From a virus, in the IMG/VR virus record IMGVR_UViG_3300044712_000991, positions 130,279-194,278 of that record: 64,000 nucleotides of DNA; one strand, given 5' to 3'. How positions within the stretch are numbered: the stretch's first letter is position 1; every line of letters begins with the position of its first letter. Under the pieces are notes generated by a model. It was given only the letters and a program-made list of their open reading frames with translations, had not been told where the DNA came from and ran no database searches. The position numbers were made by a program, and so were the translations under genes. Shown here piece after piece: positions 7,861 to 16,904 of the stretch.

Positions 7861-8196
7861 TTACCACAGTCTGACCTGCATCCCCAATCGGGGTATGAAG
7901 TACAGCGGTTTCTCTGTCAGCGCCCGCTCCTGCCACATCTCGATCTCGACCCCCACCCCAATCCTGGGGTGCACCCAGTACTGCACCCACTGCTTGCTGT
8001 CGAACTGCCGAGCCCAGTACCATGTGTAGGACGACCACACGAGGGTCGAGTCCTTCAGGGGTTGATAGTGCGAAAAGCCGAGCACGGGCATCCGCGAGGG
8101 GGTGTCGTAGTACAGTTCGAACACCCCGTACGAGGAACTCTCTTGAGCAACACCTACGACACTGCTGAGGATCAGCAACAGAAGGATGACCTTCAC
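7861..8196 (-). CDS. Signal-peptide, beta-strand-rich exported protein (possible small outer-membrane protein)
   Basis: GTG start with GGAGG; MKVILLLLILSSVVGVAQ signal; alternating aromatic strands; C-terminal Trp. Confidence 0.6.
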   Translation of the reverse strand: MKVILLLLILSSVVGVAQESSSYGVFELYYDTPSRMPVLGFSHYQPLKDSTLVWSSYTWYWARQFDSKQWVQYWVHPRIGVGVEIEMWQERALTEKPLYFIPRLGMQVRLW

Positions 8197-8417
8197 ACAC
8201 CCTCCTTGGACGCATGCACAGCGTAGGGGAACAGGCCGTGTTCCAGGAGGCATACCGCTTCGGACTCATTCATGGTCTTCAGCAGAAGGGTTTCCTGTGC
8301 GTGGGTCACGGGGTTCAGCGACCAGACCTCCCACATCTCTCCCGAGTAGCACAGCCTACGGTGCTCGAAGTCCACCCCTGCGTAGGGGTACATCTGAAGG
8401 AACTCTGCGGTGGTCAT
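8193..8417 (-). CDS. Hypothetical protein
   Basis: First gene after promoter 8443-8471; GGAG SD. Confidence 0.65.
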   Translation of the reverse strand: MTTAEFLQMYPYAGVDFEHRRLCYSGEMWEVWSLNPVTHAQETLLLKTMNESEAVCLLEHGLFPYAVHASKEGV

Positions 8418-8442
8418 GCTGTATCTCCTGTGTGTATGTCAC

Positions 8443-8471
8443 AATATACAACATTCGGGACTGAAAGTCAA
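8443..8471 (-). promoter_or_regulatory. sigma70 promoter TTGACT-N17-TATATT
   Basis: -35 at 8466-8471, -10 at 8443-8448. Confidence 0.8.
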
Positions 8472-8950
8472 GTGGTGGCTACGACCATAGTCGGGGCATC
8501 CACGAGCACCCCATGGGTATACCACGCCCTCCTGTCGCTCTCCTCGACCGCTGGACCATCCTCACGGTGGAGTTCGCCTTGGAAGTACCACACACGGTCA
8601 CCGTTGGGATACACCTGCGCAGGACCATCGGCGCGGTGCCGCACTCCGTTGACATACCACGCCTCGTACCCACACACGGCAGGTTCCTGCTCCTTGTTCG
8701 GTCGCGGAATTGGCCACGTAACGGCCGGTCCATCTTCCCGGTGGCGCTTGCCATGCACGAACCACTCGCACTCGCCGTTCGAGAACTCTCGGGCGGGGCC
8801 ATCGGTACGGTGGAGAAGATCGTCCCCATCGTAGTAGAATGTGCCTTCTTCGGTACGTACGCTGTAGCAGTAGTGCTCCATGGTTGTGGAGTACACCTGT
8901 TCGCCCGGGACAGCGCGATTTTCATTCAGGGGTCGGAGGGGGAAGGTCAT
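8468..8950 (-). CDS. HRxDGPA-repeat (MORN-variant-like) protein
   Basis: Four repeats: LHRTDGPA, RHREDGPA, RHRADGPA, LHREDGPA; ATGA overlap. Confidence 0.75.
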   Translation of the reverse strand: MTFPLRPLNENRAVPGEQVYSTTMEHYCYSVRTEEGTFYYDGDDLLHRTDGPAREFSNGECEWFVHGKRHREDGPAVTWPIPRPNKEQEPAVCGYEAWYVNGVRHRADGPAQVYPNGDRVWYFQGELHREDGPAVEESDRRAWYTHGVLVDAPTMVVATT

Positions 8951-9441
8951 CGTGCACCCTCCATGGCGAGCTTGCGAAGCTCTGCGAGCGAGAGGTCGGC
9001 CATGTTCACAGGAGCGGGGGTCTGCGTGAGAGAACTCCGTGAAGTGAGAGCATCCGCCTCGGGGGTCAGGGAGGAGCACGCAGCGAACGGTACGAGAAAC
9101 TCCCGACCATCACCGAAGTCCACCACATACTTCGTCCTGCGTGCCGAGAGGATAGTCCCACGCCGATGTGCGGGGTTCGGGCTCTTTACCGCGACCTGCG
9201 TGCCACGCTTGGCCATCCCGAACGAGATCATGTCCGTGGACACCTCTTTGGTCTTCACGAGCGACAACGGGAGCGCGAACACGCCCTTCGCCCGATACTC
9301 CTGATCATCGAACGACCCCGAGCCCGAGGAGTACACGAGACCGAACCGCTTGGCGACCTCGGTCAAGGCTTTGTCAACCTCGCTGTGAAGGAACTTCGCT
9401 GTCTGTCTGTCCATTTTCGTGATTGCTGCGTGCTGTGCCAT
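8947..9441 (-). CDS. Hypothetical protein with C-terminal SH3-like barrel
   Basis: AAAGGA SD; RRGTILSARRTKYVVDFGDGREFLVP. Confidence 0.65.
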   Translation of the reverse strand: MAQHAAITKMDRQTAKFLHSEVDKALTEVAKRFGLVYSSGSGSFDDQEYRAKGVFALPLSLVKTKEVSTDMISFGMAKRGTQVAVKSPNPAHRRGTILSARRTKYVVDFGDGREFLVPFAACSSLTPEADALTSRSSLTQTPAPVNMADLSLAELRKLAMEGAR

Positions 9442-9468
9442 ACTCGGTGTCCTTTCTGTTGGTGCTAT

Positions 9469-9497
9469 AATATACATCGGGGATTTGTGAAAGTCAA
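9469..9497 (-). promoter_or_regulatory. sigma70 promoter TTGACT-N17-TATATT
   Basis: -35 at 9492-9497, -10 at 9469-9474. Confidence 0.8.
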
Positions 9498-9538
9498 GAG
9501 AAATCTTAGCCCACAGGCTAAGAAAATGTGCTCAAATC

Positions 9539-9781
9539 TTAGGCTGTGACCTTCTTTTTGTGCTTGATGGCGATGTATCCGCACTTCGGGCGGGAGTAGC
9601 GGATGAGCCCCTTGGCCTTCAGGCGGGCGATGGCGTTGTACGTGGCATGCCGAGACATGAAGGAGTCCCAACCCTCACCCCTGGCGGTGTACGACCGGAT
9701 GATCTCCAGGATGCGCTTCTCGTTCTCGACCATCGCTGCCTGAATCTTCTCGTACGCGCTGAGCTTCTTTGACCGTGCCAT
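9539..9781 (-). CDS. Small basic protein, winged-helix-like
   Basis: TYNAIARLKAKGLIRY wHTH-type ending. Confidence 0.6.
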   Translation of the reverse strand: MARSKKLSAYEKIQAAMVENEKRILEIIRSYTARGEGWDSFMSRHATYNAIARLKAKGLIRYSRPKCGYIAIKHKKKVTA

Positions 9782-9809
9782 CTGCGTTAGCCTTTCAATT
9801 GGTAGTACA

Positions 9810-9838
9810 AATATACTACACGCCGAGTCCAAAGTCAA
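9810..9838 (-). promoter_or_regulatory. sigma70 promoter TTGACT-N17-TATATT
   Basis: -35 at 9833-9838, -10 at 9810-9815. Confidence 0.8.
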
Positions 9839-9871
9839 GAACTATTTTGAGAATCTTCCCCCGGGGGGCAT

Positions 9872-9910
9872 AGAAAAGCCCCGCCCCGTACAGATTGTAC
9901 GGGGCGGGGC
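9872..9910 (-). terminator. Intrinsic terminator
   Basis: Perfect 15-bp stem GCCCCGCCCCGTACA/TGTACGGGGCGGGGC, followed by TTTTCT on the minus strand. Confidence 0.85.
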
Positions 9911-9937
9911 AGTCAATCGATCGTTGTCGCCGGCCAT

Positions 9938-11881
9938 TCACTTGAGTGCCATCATCTTCACCGTCGTGCGACATCGTGATGGCCCCCCTGTGCCCGTGCC
10001 AAGTTCGAGCACTGCGATGTACGTGCCTGTCGTAGGGGCAGTCCATCTGGCGGAGTAGGTTCCCAGAGCATGATGTACACCGTTGATCAGTACAGCCTCT
10101 CTGCCGAGGATGTCCACGACCTTCAGGGTCACGGACGCTCCCTCGGGTACCGCGTACTCGATGGTCGTCTCGGGGTTGAACGGATTGGGGTAGTTCCGCA
10201 GAGCAAACTGTGTGGGCTTCTGCGGGTCCTGTTCCACCGCCGTACCGTTCACGATCTGAAATGTCTTGTCCAACCACCCACCTCCATCGGTGAGTGCCGA
10301 GGGATAGGCTGTACTCTGCGAGTAGCAACCGATGGTCATCGAATACGATCCGTTGTGGGTAATGGTCGGGAAGAAGACCACCGTCCGTGTCTGCCCCGCC
10401 GTGTAGGGCTGTAGAGTGGAGTTCAGTACAATATCGTACGGAAGTTGCTGATCTCGATCCAGATAGATACTCACATACGAGGAGGTCGGGCTCACTGTAC
10501 CAGGGTATGTCCCGTGCGTAACATCCGCCTCAATCCGCAGTTGGGTACCCGCCTGAATGAGGGCGTTCCCTCCTTCGGACAGGAGTTCGCCTGTCTGATT
10601 GTTGTACACCCGCTGCGTGGGCAGGAAGGGCGTGTTGTGGGTGTACGTGAGGTTCGTGGTCAGACCGGCCGCGATGGTCAGCGACCCCTGCCCCCAGTAC
10701 TGCTCACCCCACGGAGTGATACGGGCGTTGTACACCTTGTACGTGTAAGTCCCCGCAGCAAGTCCCTCGAAGATCGCCGTGGACTTTGCGTTCGCCCACT
10801 TGTCCTCCACAAGATCGCCGTTCGGAGCATAGAGTTTCACATGTGCCGATGGTCCAGCGAGCCCCCACGGGTCTTCCGCACGGAGGAGGATTTCAAGTCG
10901 CCCCTCGGTCACCATGGGAGCCACGGGATACCGTGCGACCCCCTTGTTCCAGTTGGCGATGAACACGAACGTCCCGTTCGATTGGATGGCGTAGATGTCG
11001 TACCCCGTGAGCCCCTGATTAAGGAGTTCCCACGATGTGCCCCCATTGGTCGATCTATAGGCTCCACCGACAGCCCCCTGAGGGGTGTTCGCCATGTTCC
11101 CCGCGTAGAGCACCGAACCGTATGCACCGAGGCACTGCACGTACGGGTTGACCACCCCCACGTTTGCCGAGCTCCAGTTCACACGGTTCGTGCATTTGAG
11201 AATCCCCATCGGGCCGAGATCGTTGCTGACGCCCGCGAAGACCGCCGAGCCCGTGGCGAGCATGTCCCACACATACTTCTTGCCGTTGTTTTCCCACAGC
11301 ATCCAGTGCTGTCCATAGTCGCGGGAGATGAAGATGCCCCCGTTGTCTCCTCCGAACGTACCGACGTACATGTCCGTCCCCTGCACAACGAGGGAGAAGG
11401 CGTTGGTGTTCATCAGTCGCCCATTCGAGCCATCGGAGAACAGAGCACCGTTAGAGAACGACCACGTCGCTCCGTTGTTGGTGGACTTCTGCACCCCTCC
11501 CGATCCTGCGACAAACAATGAACCATTGATCTTGGTAATTGCCCTGACCTGTGTATTGAGCATGGATGTCCACGAAGTCCCGTTGTCCGATGAACGCTTC
11601 ACGCCATCAGTGTGCATCGCGTACACCACACCGTCGATGACCTCCAGACCATGACAGAACTCGTTGCCGGGGGTCTTCTGCCACGCGCCACCCTGGTTTG
11701 ATGACCGGAAGACCCCACTGTTGGTCGCCGCGAACACGTAGTCCCCGTTGAAGCCGATGTCGTATGTGTAGGCTGAGGTCAGCCCCGATGTGACGTACTC
11801 CCACTGCTGTGCTCTCCCCAGGGACACTCCGCAGAACAGCAGGAGGATCGAGAGGATGATGCTCAGGTTACGCTTCTTCAT
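9938..11881 (-). CDS. Secreted beta-propeller (Asp-box/BNR) protein with C-terminal T9SS/Por-type sorting domain
   Basis: Signal peptide MKKRNLSIILSILLLFCGVSLG; repeats S-S/T-N/D-N/Q-G-x-x-W; C-terminus FALRNYPNPFNPETTIEYAVP...VKMMALK. Confidence 0.85.
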   Translation of the reverse strand: MKKRNLSIILSILLLFCGVSLGRAQQWEYVTSGLTSAYTYDIGFNGDYVFAATNSGVFRSSNQGGAWQKTPGNEFCHGLEVIDGVVYAMHTDGVKRSSDNGTSWTSMLNTQVRAITKINGSLFVAGSGGVQKSTNNGATWSFSNGALFSDGSNGRLMNTNAFSLVVQGTDMYVGTFGGDNGGIFISRDYGQHWMLWENNGKKYVWDMLATGSAVFAGVSNDLGPMGILKCTNRVNWSSANVGVVNPYVQCLGAYGSVLYAGNMANTPQGAVGGAYRSTNGGTSWELLNQGLTGYDIYAIQSNGTFVFIANWNKGVARYPVAPMVTEGRLEILLRAEDPWGLAGPSAHVKLYAPNGDLVEDKWANAKSTAIFEGLAAGTYTYKVYNARITPWGEQYWGQGSLTIAAGLTTNLTYTHNTPFLPTQRVYNNQTGELLSEGGNALIQAGTQLRIEADVTHGTYPGTVSPTSSYVSIYLDRDQQLPYDIVLNSTLQPYTAGQTRTVVFFPTITHNGSYSMTIGCYSQSTAYPSALTDGGGWLDKTFQIVNGTAVEQDPQKPTQFALRNYPNPFNPETTIEYAVPEGASVTLKVVDILGREAVLINGVHHALGTYSARWTAPTTGTYIAVLELGTGTGGPSRCRTTVKMMALK

Positions 11882-11927
11882 TGATGTATCTCCTTGTGGA
11901 TGATGGTACCCGCTTGAACTTGGTTGC

Positions 11928-11956
11928 AATATACATACAGAAAATCGAAAAGTCAA
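11928..11956 (-). promoter_or_regulatory. sigma70 promoter TTGACT-N17-TATATT
   Basis: -35 at 11951-11956, -10 at 11928-11933. Confidence 0.8.
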
Positions 11957-11963
11957 ATCGTGC

Positions 11964-13313
11964 TCACTGCGGAAAGCCACACCTATCGTGGAATTCCTGG
12001 ACTCGCTCATCGAAGATGATGTCCTCGAACACCAACGGGCGGCTCAGTCGTAGACCGGCCATGGTGGTGCACCTGCTGAGAGCCACATAGACCTGTCCGT
12101 GAGCGAACGCACCCTTACCGAAGTCCACGATCACCCTCTCGAAGGTCTTGCCCTGCGCCTTATGGATGGTCACCGCCCACCCGAGTTTGATGGGCAACTG
12201 GGTGAAACTCCCCACGGAGGTCGCCCTCAGATGTCGGCCATCCATGGTGTACGCGTACTTGTCCCACTTCATGCTCTCCACCTGCACAACAGAGCCCTCG
12301 ATGTCCACCCCAACCCAACTCTGTCCCAACTCCACGACCGTACCGATACTGCCGTTCACGAACGCCCCTCCGGGGTCGTTGCGTACGAGCATCACCTGCG
12401 CACCCACGCGAAGCTTCAGGAACTCATCCGTAGGATGCTGCTTGTTCTCGTAGAACTGCCCACTGATGGTCGCTCTGTACAGGCGCTCGGGCATCGGGAG
12501 TCTGCGCAGTTGCTGGGTGTTGATGGACTCCGCGATGCTGTTTGTGGCGGTGAGCATGATGGGCTCTGCCGCGACCCCTGGAGGAAACTGCGCATCATTC
12601 CAGTCCACTTTGAGACTGCACCGCCGATTCAGCAGATCAATGTCCTCCTGCTCAACCTGCCGATTGCGGATACGGTTCAGAATCTCCAGGAACTCGGGGT
12701 CGTTCTGTTGCCGGAAGGCCGTGGTGAGCATCGCGGCCTGAAACGGGGTGTCCCGCACACAGTTCGCGTCGAAGAAGAACGGGGAGGCATAACGCTCTTC
12801 CAAGAACTTCTGTGCCACCCCCTTCACCACGGGCGGAAGTTGGCAGAGGTCTCCGAAGACAATGAGTTGCACCCCACCGAACTGCTTGTCGGGCTCATCG
12901 CGATGCATGCGCAGACTCTTGTCTATGCAGTCCAGGACATCCGCCCTGACCATACTGATCTCATCGATGATGAGCGTGTCGAGTTCCTCCATCTTCTCCC
13001 GTAGAGAGTAGTGGTACTGCACATCCGCCTCGGGATCGAGCACCTCCTGCACGGGGAATCTGAAGAAGGAGTGGATGGTCGCGCCCCCGACGTTCAGCGC
13101 CGCGACCCCCGTGGGAGCCACGACAGCCGTGACCCGCGTACTCAGCACTTCCTCCAACAAGTGACGGAGAAGCGTGGACTTGCCCGTACCCGCGTTGCCC
13201 GTGACAAACACATTCGGGAAGTCCTCCCTCTCCACGAGCTGGATGACCTCCTGGTACTCGGGGGTGATGATGATGTTCGTGGGTTTCTCCATTTCCATTT
13301 CAACGGTGGACAT
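11964..13313 (-). CDS. Pif1-family SF1B DNA helicase
   Basis: GNAGTGKS, IIDEISMV, GDLCQLPPV, TIHKAQGKT, GQVYVALSR. Confidence 0.92.
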   Translation of the reverse strand: MSTVEMEMEKPTNIIITPEYQEVIQLVEREDFPNVFVTGNAGTGKSTLLRHLLEEVLSTRVTAVVAPTGVAALNVGGATIHSFFRFPVQEVLDPEADVQYHYSLREKMEELDTLIIDEISMVRADVLDCIDKSLRMHRDEPDKQFGGVQLIVFGDLCQLPPVVKGVAQKFLEERYASPFFFDANCVRDTPFQAAMLTTAFRQQNDPEFLEILNRIRNRQVEQEDIDLLNRRCSLKVDWNDAQFPPGVAAEPIMLTATNSIAESINTQQLRRLPMPERLYRATISGQFYENKQHPTDEFLKLRVGAQVMLVRNDPGGAFVNGSIGTVVELGQSWVGVDIEGSVVQVESMKWDKYAYTMDGRHLRATSVGSFTQLPIKLGWAVTIHKAQGKTFERVIVDFGKGAFAHGQVYVALSRCTTMAGLRLSRPLVFEDIIFDERVQEFHDRCGFPQ

Positions 13314-13346
13314 TCGACCTCAGTATGCTATTGAGTAGATGTTTGA

Positions 13347-13562
13347 TTAACATGTGGGTGTACAACTATTGTCGGGGTTGCCTTTTGTCATTAGTTGTTG
13401 TGTGTCGGTGTCAATACCGTATGCCCGCAAAGCCAATACGAACGCCTCCTGACCAAGGTAGTCGAGTTTCTGATACTCCGCGTACACCCGACGCGCCACT
13501 TTGTTCGCCGCGTGCTCACCACTGGAGACGGACTCGTGAATGCTATTACTGTGCGAACCCAT
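13347..13562 (-). CDS. Hypothetical protein
   Basis: Start overlaps upstream stop. Confidence 0.45.
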   Translation of the reverse strand: MGSHSNSIHESVSSGEHAANKVARRVYAEYQKLDYLGQEAFVLALRAYGIDTDTQQLMTKGNPDNSCTPTC

Positions 13563-14011
13563 TAGACCTTCCTTTTCCGTCTCGGTTTGGCAGGGGGAGC
13601 CGCATGGCGTGTCATCCGCACATACAGCACAAGGGGAAGCACTGCCTTGCCCAAGAGTTTTGAAAGGACGTACCCACAGGGGATTTGATAGGCGTGACCC
13701 TTACTGTACACTGTAGTCCATCCACCGAAGGATTCGCGACAGTCGTGCGCGATAGCTACTCGGGTGTACCCCTCTCTACGTCGGGACGAGGCGAAGAACC
13801 GATACAGAAGTCTTTCCCCAGGCTGAAAAACCTCGTGCAACTCGGGAACCCACTCCCCAACGTAGTAGACTCGGAAGGTCTGTTCTATTTGTGAGGGGAT
13901 GTCCTGTGTCACGACCTTCCCAGTGATGGTATCCGTTTTTCCATTGAAGGTCGCCACGAAGTCGAAACTCTCGGGGCGATCGGTGACGGGTGTACGCCTT
14001 CGGGGTGTCAT
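13562..14011 (-). CDS. Hypothetical protein
   Basis: ATGA overlap with the upstream gene. Confidence 0.6.
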   Translation of the reverse strand: MTPRRRTPVTDRPESFDFVATFNGKTDTITGKVVTQDIPSQIEQTFRVYYVGEWVPELHEVFQPGERLLYRFFASSRRREGYTRVAIAHDCRESFGGWTTVYSKGHAYQIPCGYVLSKLLGKAVLPLVLYVRMTRHAAPPAKPRRKRKV

Positions 14012-14496
14012 TCGCGCTCTACCCTCGCGACCGCGCCGAGTTGTTCGAGGCACATCTTGATGGTCGTACTCTCCTGGAGTTGCATGTGCTGTCCCACGAA
14101 GGAGGGCATGGTCTGCACATACAGCGGTATTTCACGGGCTGGTACTTCGAGGATACCCGCGAGGTACATCAGCACCTCCGCCTTTCGATCCGTGGGCACG
14201 GACACGAGCACCACCCGATACTTCTCATCCTCGTGCTTGTCGATCACCCATGTATGGACATCGAAGGTCTCGGTATCCAGGACTTCGAACTTCGAGAACG
14301 GCGTGTTCGGCACGGCGGCATCGATGAACGTCTGCACGTAGTCGAAGTCATCGTGATCAAACTGGAAGCCTCCCATGGCTTCCCCACTGTCCTTCGTGGG
14401 ATCAACGGCGAACACCATGTAGCGCATAACGCGCCGAGGTCCATCGGGGAGAGAAGTTTTGGTCTGCTTTGTTGTGTGCATCGGAGTACCTTCCAT
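14008..14496 (-). CDS. Protein with C-terminal ribosomal L7/L12-CTD-like domain
   Basis: KYRVVLVSVPTDRKAEVLMYLAGILEVPAREIPLYVQTMP...IKMCLEQLGAVARVE follows the L7/L12 CTD pattern. Confidence 0.55.
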   Translation of the reverse strand: MEGTPMHTTKQTKTSLPDGPRRVMRYMVFAVDPTKDSGEAMGGFQFDHDDFDYVQTFIDAAVPNTPFSKFEVLDTETFDVHTWVIDKHEDEKYRVVLVSVPTDRKAEVLMYLAGILEVPAREIPLYVQTMPSFVGQHMQLQESTTIKMCLEQLGAVARVERE

Positions 14497-14828
14497 TAGT
14501 CTGTGAACTCATAAACCTTGAGGATTGTGATTTCCTTACCTGTGTTTGCTTCAAACTCTGAGAGAAAGGGGAGCACCATCGGATACACCTCTGCCCACAT
14601 CGCGGTCGGGATATGCACCTCCTGCCCATTCCAGACCTCACAGAGGGGTTCTTGCGGAGTACTCCACCAGAGGGGGATGCCGAACAGGGTGACCCTCCTG
14701 CGAGGGAGGTTTCGATAGATTAACCGCAACCCATCCCCCTCAAATCGACAGTGCCAGTCATATCTACCGAGGGCACCCGGGTCTGTCAAATAGATTGCGA
14801 GCGCGGATGTACAGTCAAGGATTCTCAT
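14496..14828 (-). CDS. Hypothetical protein
   Basis: Overlapping start/stop packing. Confidence 0.6.
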   Translation of the reverse strand: MRILDCTSALAIYLTDPGALGRYDWHCRFEGDGLRLIYRNLPRRRVTLFGIPLWWSTPQEPLCEVWNGQEVHIPTAMWAEVYPMVLPFLSEFEANTGKEITILKVYEFTD

Positions 14829-15091
14829 GGGTTCTCCCTATCGGATGGTAAGAGTCGCATGGCCTTCTTGAGGAGTTCCTTGTGTGCCGTGGCCTTGCCC
14901 TCCCGCCGGATGAGCCACCCCACGAGGATGATGATCGCTTGGATGAAGGGGAAGCCCACGGCTGCCAACAGACCGAGGTCTGCGTAGGATGCACCCGACA
15001 AGAGTCGTATGCACCACAACGGGATGGAGAACGCAAGACCACCCACCCCGAACACCACCATCTGCCACCCCTCGAATTCACGGTAGGTCAT
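14825..15091 (-). CDS. 2-TM membrane protein
   Basis: Two hydrophobic segments, basic C-tail. Confidence 0.65.
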   Translation of the reverse strand: MTYREFEGWQMVVFGVGGLAFSIPLWCIRLLSGASYADLGLLAAVGFPFIQAIIILVGWLIRREGKATAHKELLKKAMRLLPSDRENP

Positions 15092-15097
15092 AGGACA

Positions 15098-15466
15098 TCA
15101 CCATTTTAGTAGAATGAGGAGCAGGATCATACTCTCAAGCCCTAGTTCCGCCCACCGTATGAACTGACGAAAACGGTTGAATGTGCTCCCCGTGTCTTCC
15201 TTGATGGTGTCCAAGAAGCGAACGACTAGCCAGTGGTATGCCCTGATGCCAAGGAGGAACACACCAAACATACGCATTCCTAGAACAAAAAGCAAACAGC
15301 ACCCCACCACGGGGGGCAAGACCCAGACCCAGAAGTAGTGCATCCAGAAGGATGCCCACTTCCACTGCACTGACAACAGTTTGAACAGCCAACGAGTGAC
15401 GAACAGGTACGCCGTGTGTTGCGCCAGGGCTATCCACACGAGCCCGTAGAGAATGTCCATGGTCAT
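15098..15466 (-). CDS. Multi-TM membrane protein
   Basis: Three to four hydrophobic segments. Confidence 0.65.
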   Translation of the reverse strand: MTMDILYGLVWIALAQHTAYLFVTRWLFKLLSVQWKWASFWMHYFWVWVLPPVVGCCLLFVLGMRMFGVFLLGIRAYHWLVVRFLDTIKEDTGSTFNRFRQFIRWAELGLESMILLLILLKW

Positions 15467-15765
15467 GCTGGCACCCTCCCTTCCGCCTGATCGATAGCGG
15501 CTCGTCCTTGACGCACGAAATGCGGGTCATGCCCGGGCGTAGACGCATAGAGCGCTGTGAGGTTCTTCAGAGCCTCCAGCATGCGGGGGGAGGCCGCAAT
15601 GAGGTGCACATTCGCCCGCGTCTCCCCCACCGAGTCCTCGTGGAAGACCACGCTTGCGATTCGGCTGAAGCCAGGGGGGTTGTGGGTATCGTGCACCGAG
15701 TGCCCCTCACCATCCTGCACCGTTCCCCACTCAATCTGCCGCGGACCACGGGTAGGCTGGTTCAT
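15463..15765 (-). CDS. Phage hypothetical protein (ANxxLIAAAPxxLxAL-motif family)
   Basis: ANVHLIAASPRMLEALK; related motif in 26241-26615. Confidence 0.65.
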   Translation of the reverse strand: MNQPTRGPRQIEWGTVQDGEGHSVHDTHNPPGFSRIASVVFHEDSVGETRANVHLIAASPRMLEALKNLTALYASTPGHDPHFVRQGRAAIDQAEGRVPA

Positions 15766-16454
15766 TGGGTGATCTCCTTATCCTTGGTGACCTCAGGGAG
15801 TTCCGCGACCTTGTGGGTGTCCATCGCGGCCAATCCGCTCTTGATGACCATCGCGGTCGCGAACGCCTCGACTGCCGCCTTCGCCTCGGTCATCGTGTGC
15901 TCCATGTGCCGATCGAACTGGGAGGCTACGAAGGGCATGTTCGACATGATGGCCTGCCTGACCATCTTCATCTTCCCGAGGATTTCCCGCATGGAGGTCA
16001 TCGTGGCCTTTCTGTCCACAATCAGCGCCTGAAGATCGTCGATGACCTCATCGAGTTCCCCGCCGACACGCGCGGCATCCTTCTTGAACTCCTCGCGGAA
16101 CAGGGTGTTCGGGTTGTTGTACGGGGGATCGGGAATGCGCTCCCAATTCAACCTACGGAGAGTGCACGGGGTGCCCGCGCCCTGATTGAGGTGGGTGACC
16201 ATCTGCGCAAACTGCTCGGTGGACATCTCGACCTCGATGAGTTCCTGCTTTGCATGAATCCAGTGCTGATGGAGCCCTCGTTGGCGTTCCGCACGGCAGA
16301 TGCTCAAGGTGATGGTCTCCCCGTGCTTGATAGAGGAGTCGAAGAGCACCCTGGATGTACCCGAAGCTCGACTGATCTGCACTACCGCGTACGAAGGGTG
16401 CTGTTCGATGGTTTCCCCATCGGCAGTCTTGATAGCCTGGTACTTTGCACTCAT
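15762..16454 (-). CDS. Conserved phage hypothetical protein
   Basis: HPSYAVVQISRASG...LFDSSIKH...LIEVEMSTEQFAQMVT...GTPCTLRR; first gene after the promoter. Confidence 0.75.
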   Translation of the reverse strand: MSAKYQAIKTADGETIEQHPSYAVVQISRASGTSRVLFDSSIKHGETITLSICRAERQRGLHQHWIHAKQELIEVEMSTEQFAQMVTHLNQGAGTPCTLRRLNWERIPDPPYNNPNTLFREEFKKDAARVGGELDEVIDDLQALIVDRKATMTSMREILGKMKMVRQAIMSNMPFVASQFDRHMEHTMTEAKAAVEAFATAMVIKSGLAAMDTHKVAELPEVTKDKEITQ

Positions 16455-16480
16455 AGAACAACCTTTCAAGTTGGTACCCC

Positions 16481-16509
16481 AATATACAACACTCACCACC
16501 GAAAGTCAA
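16481..16509 (-). promoter_or_regulatory. sigma70 promoter TTGACT-N17-TATATT
   Basis: -35 at 16504-16509, -10 at 16481-16486. Confidence 0.8.
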
Positions 16510-16512
16510 GTC

Positions 16513-16761
16513 CTATTTGGACTTCTTTCTAGCCCCTACCTTCTTCAGGGGCTCATCGGGCAGGATTTCGAAGCCATCCCATCCCGCGAAGACCTTCCGC
16601 GCCTCATCGTAAGTGATGTGGATGGGCATCAGCTTACCTCGTACGTGCACGATGATGCCCTCCCCGTTGTCGGATACGCAGGAAATGGCGGTGATGCTCA
16701 CAGCGTGTCCCCCGATGTTCTTCCAGTAGATAGCAGTGGGTTTGATTCGTACGTGGTTCAT
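16513..16761 (-). CDS. Hypothetical protein
   Basis: AGGAG SD, operon packing. Confidence 0.6.
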   Translation of the reverse strand: MNHVRIKPTAIYWKNIGGHAVSITAISCVSDNGEGIIVHVRGKLMPIHITYDEARKVFAGWDGFEILPDEPLKKVGARKKSK

Positions 16762-16904
16762 TGCGTTGCTCCTGATGATTGTGAGTACTATGAGTTACTT
16801 TCTTGTCCACCACCACGGATCGTACCTGAATGTCCACCCGCAGACTGTGATCTCAAAGCCCGAGAGGAGGAACAGGATGACCGCTATGCAGATGAGCGTG
16901 CGCA

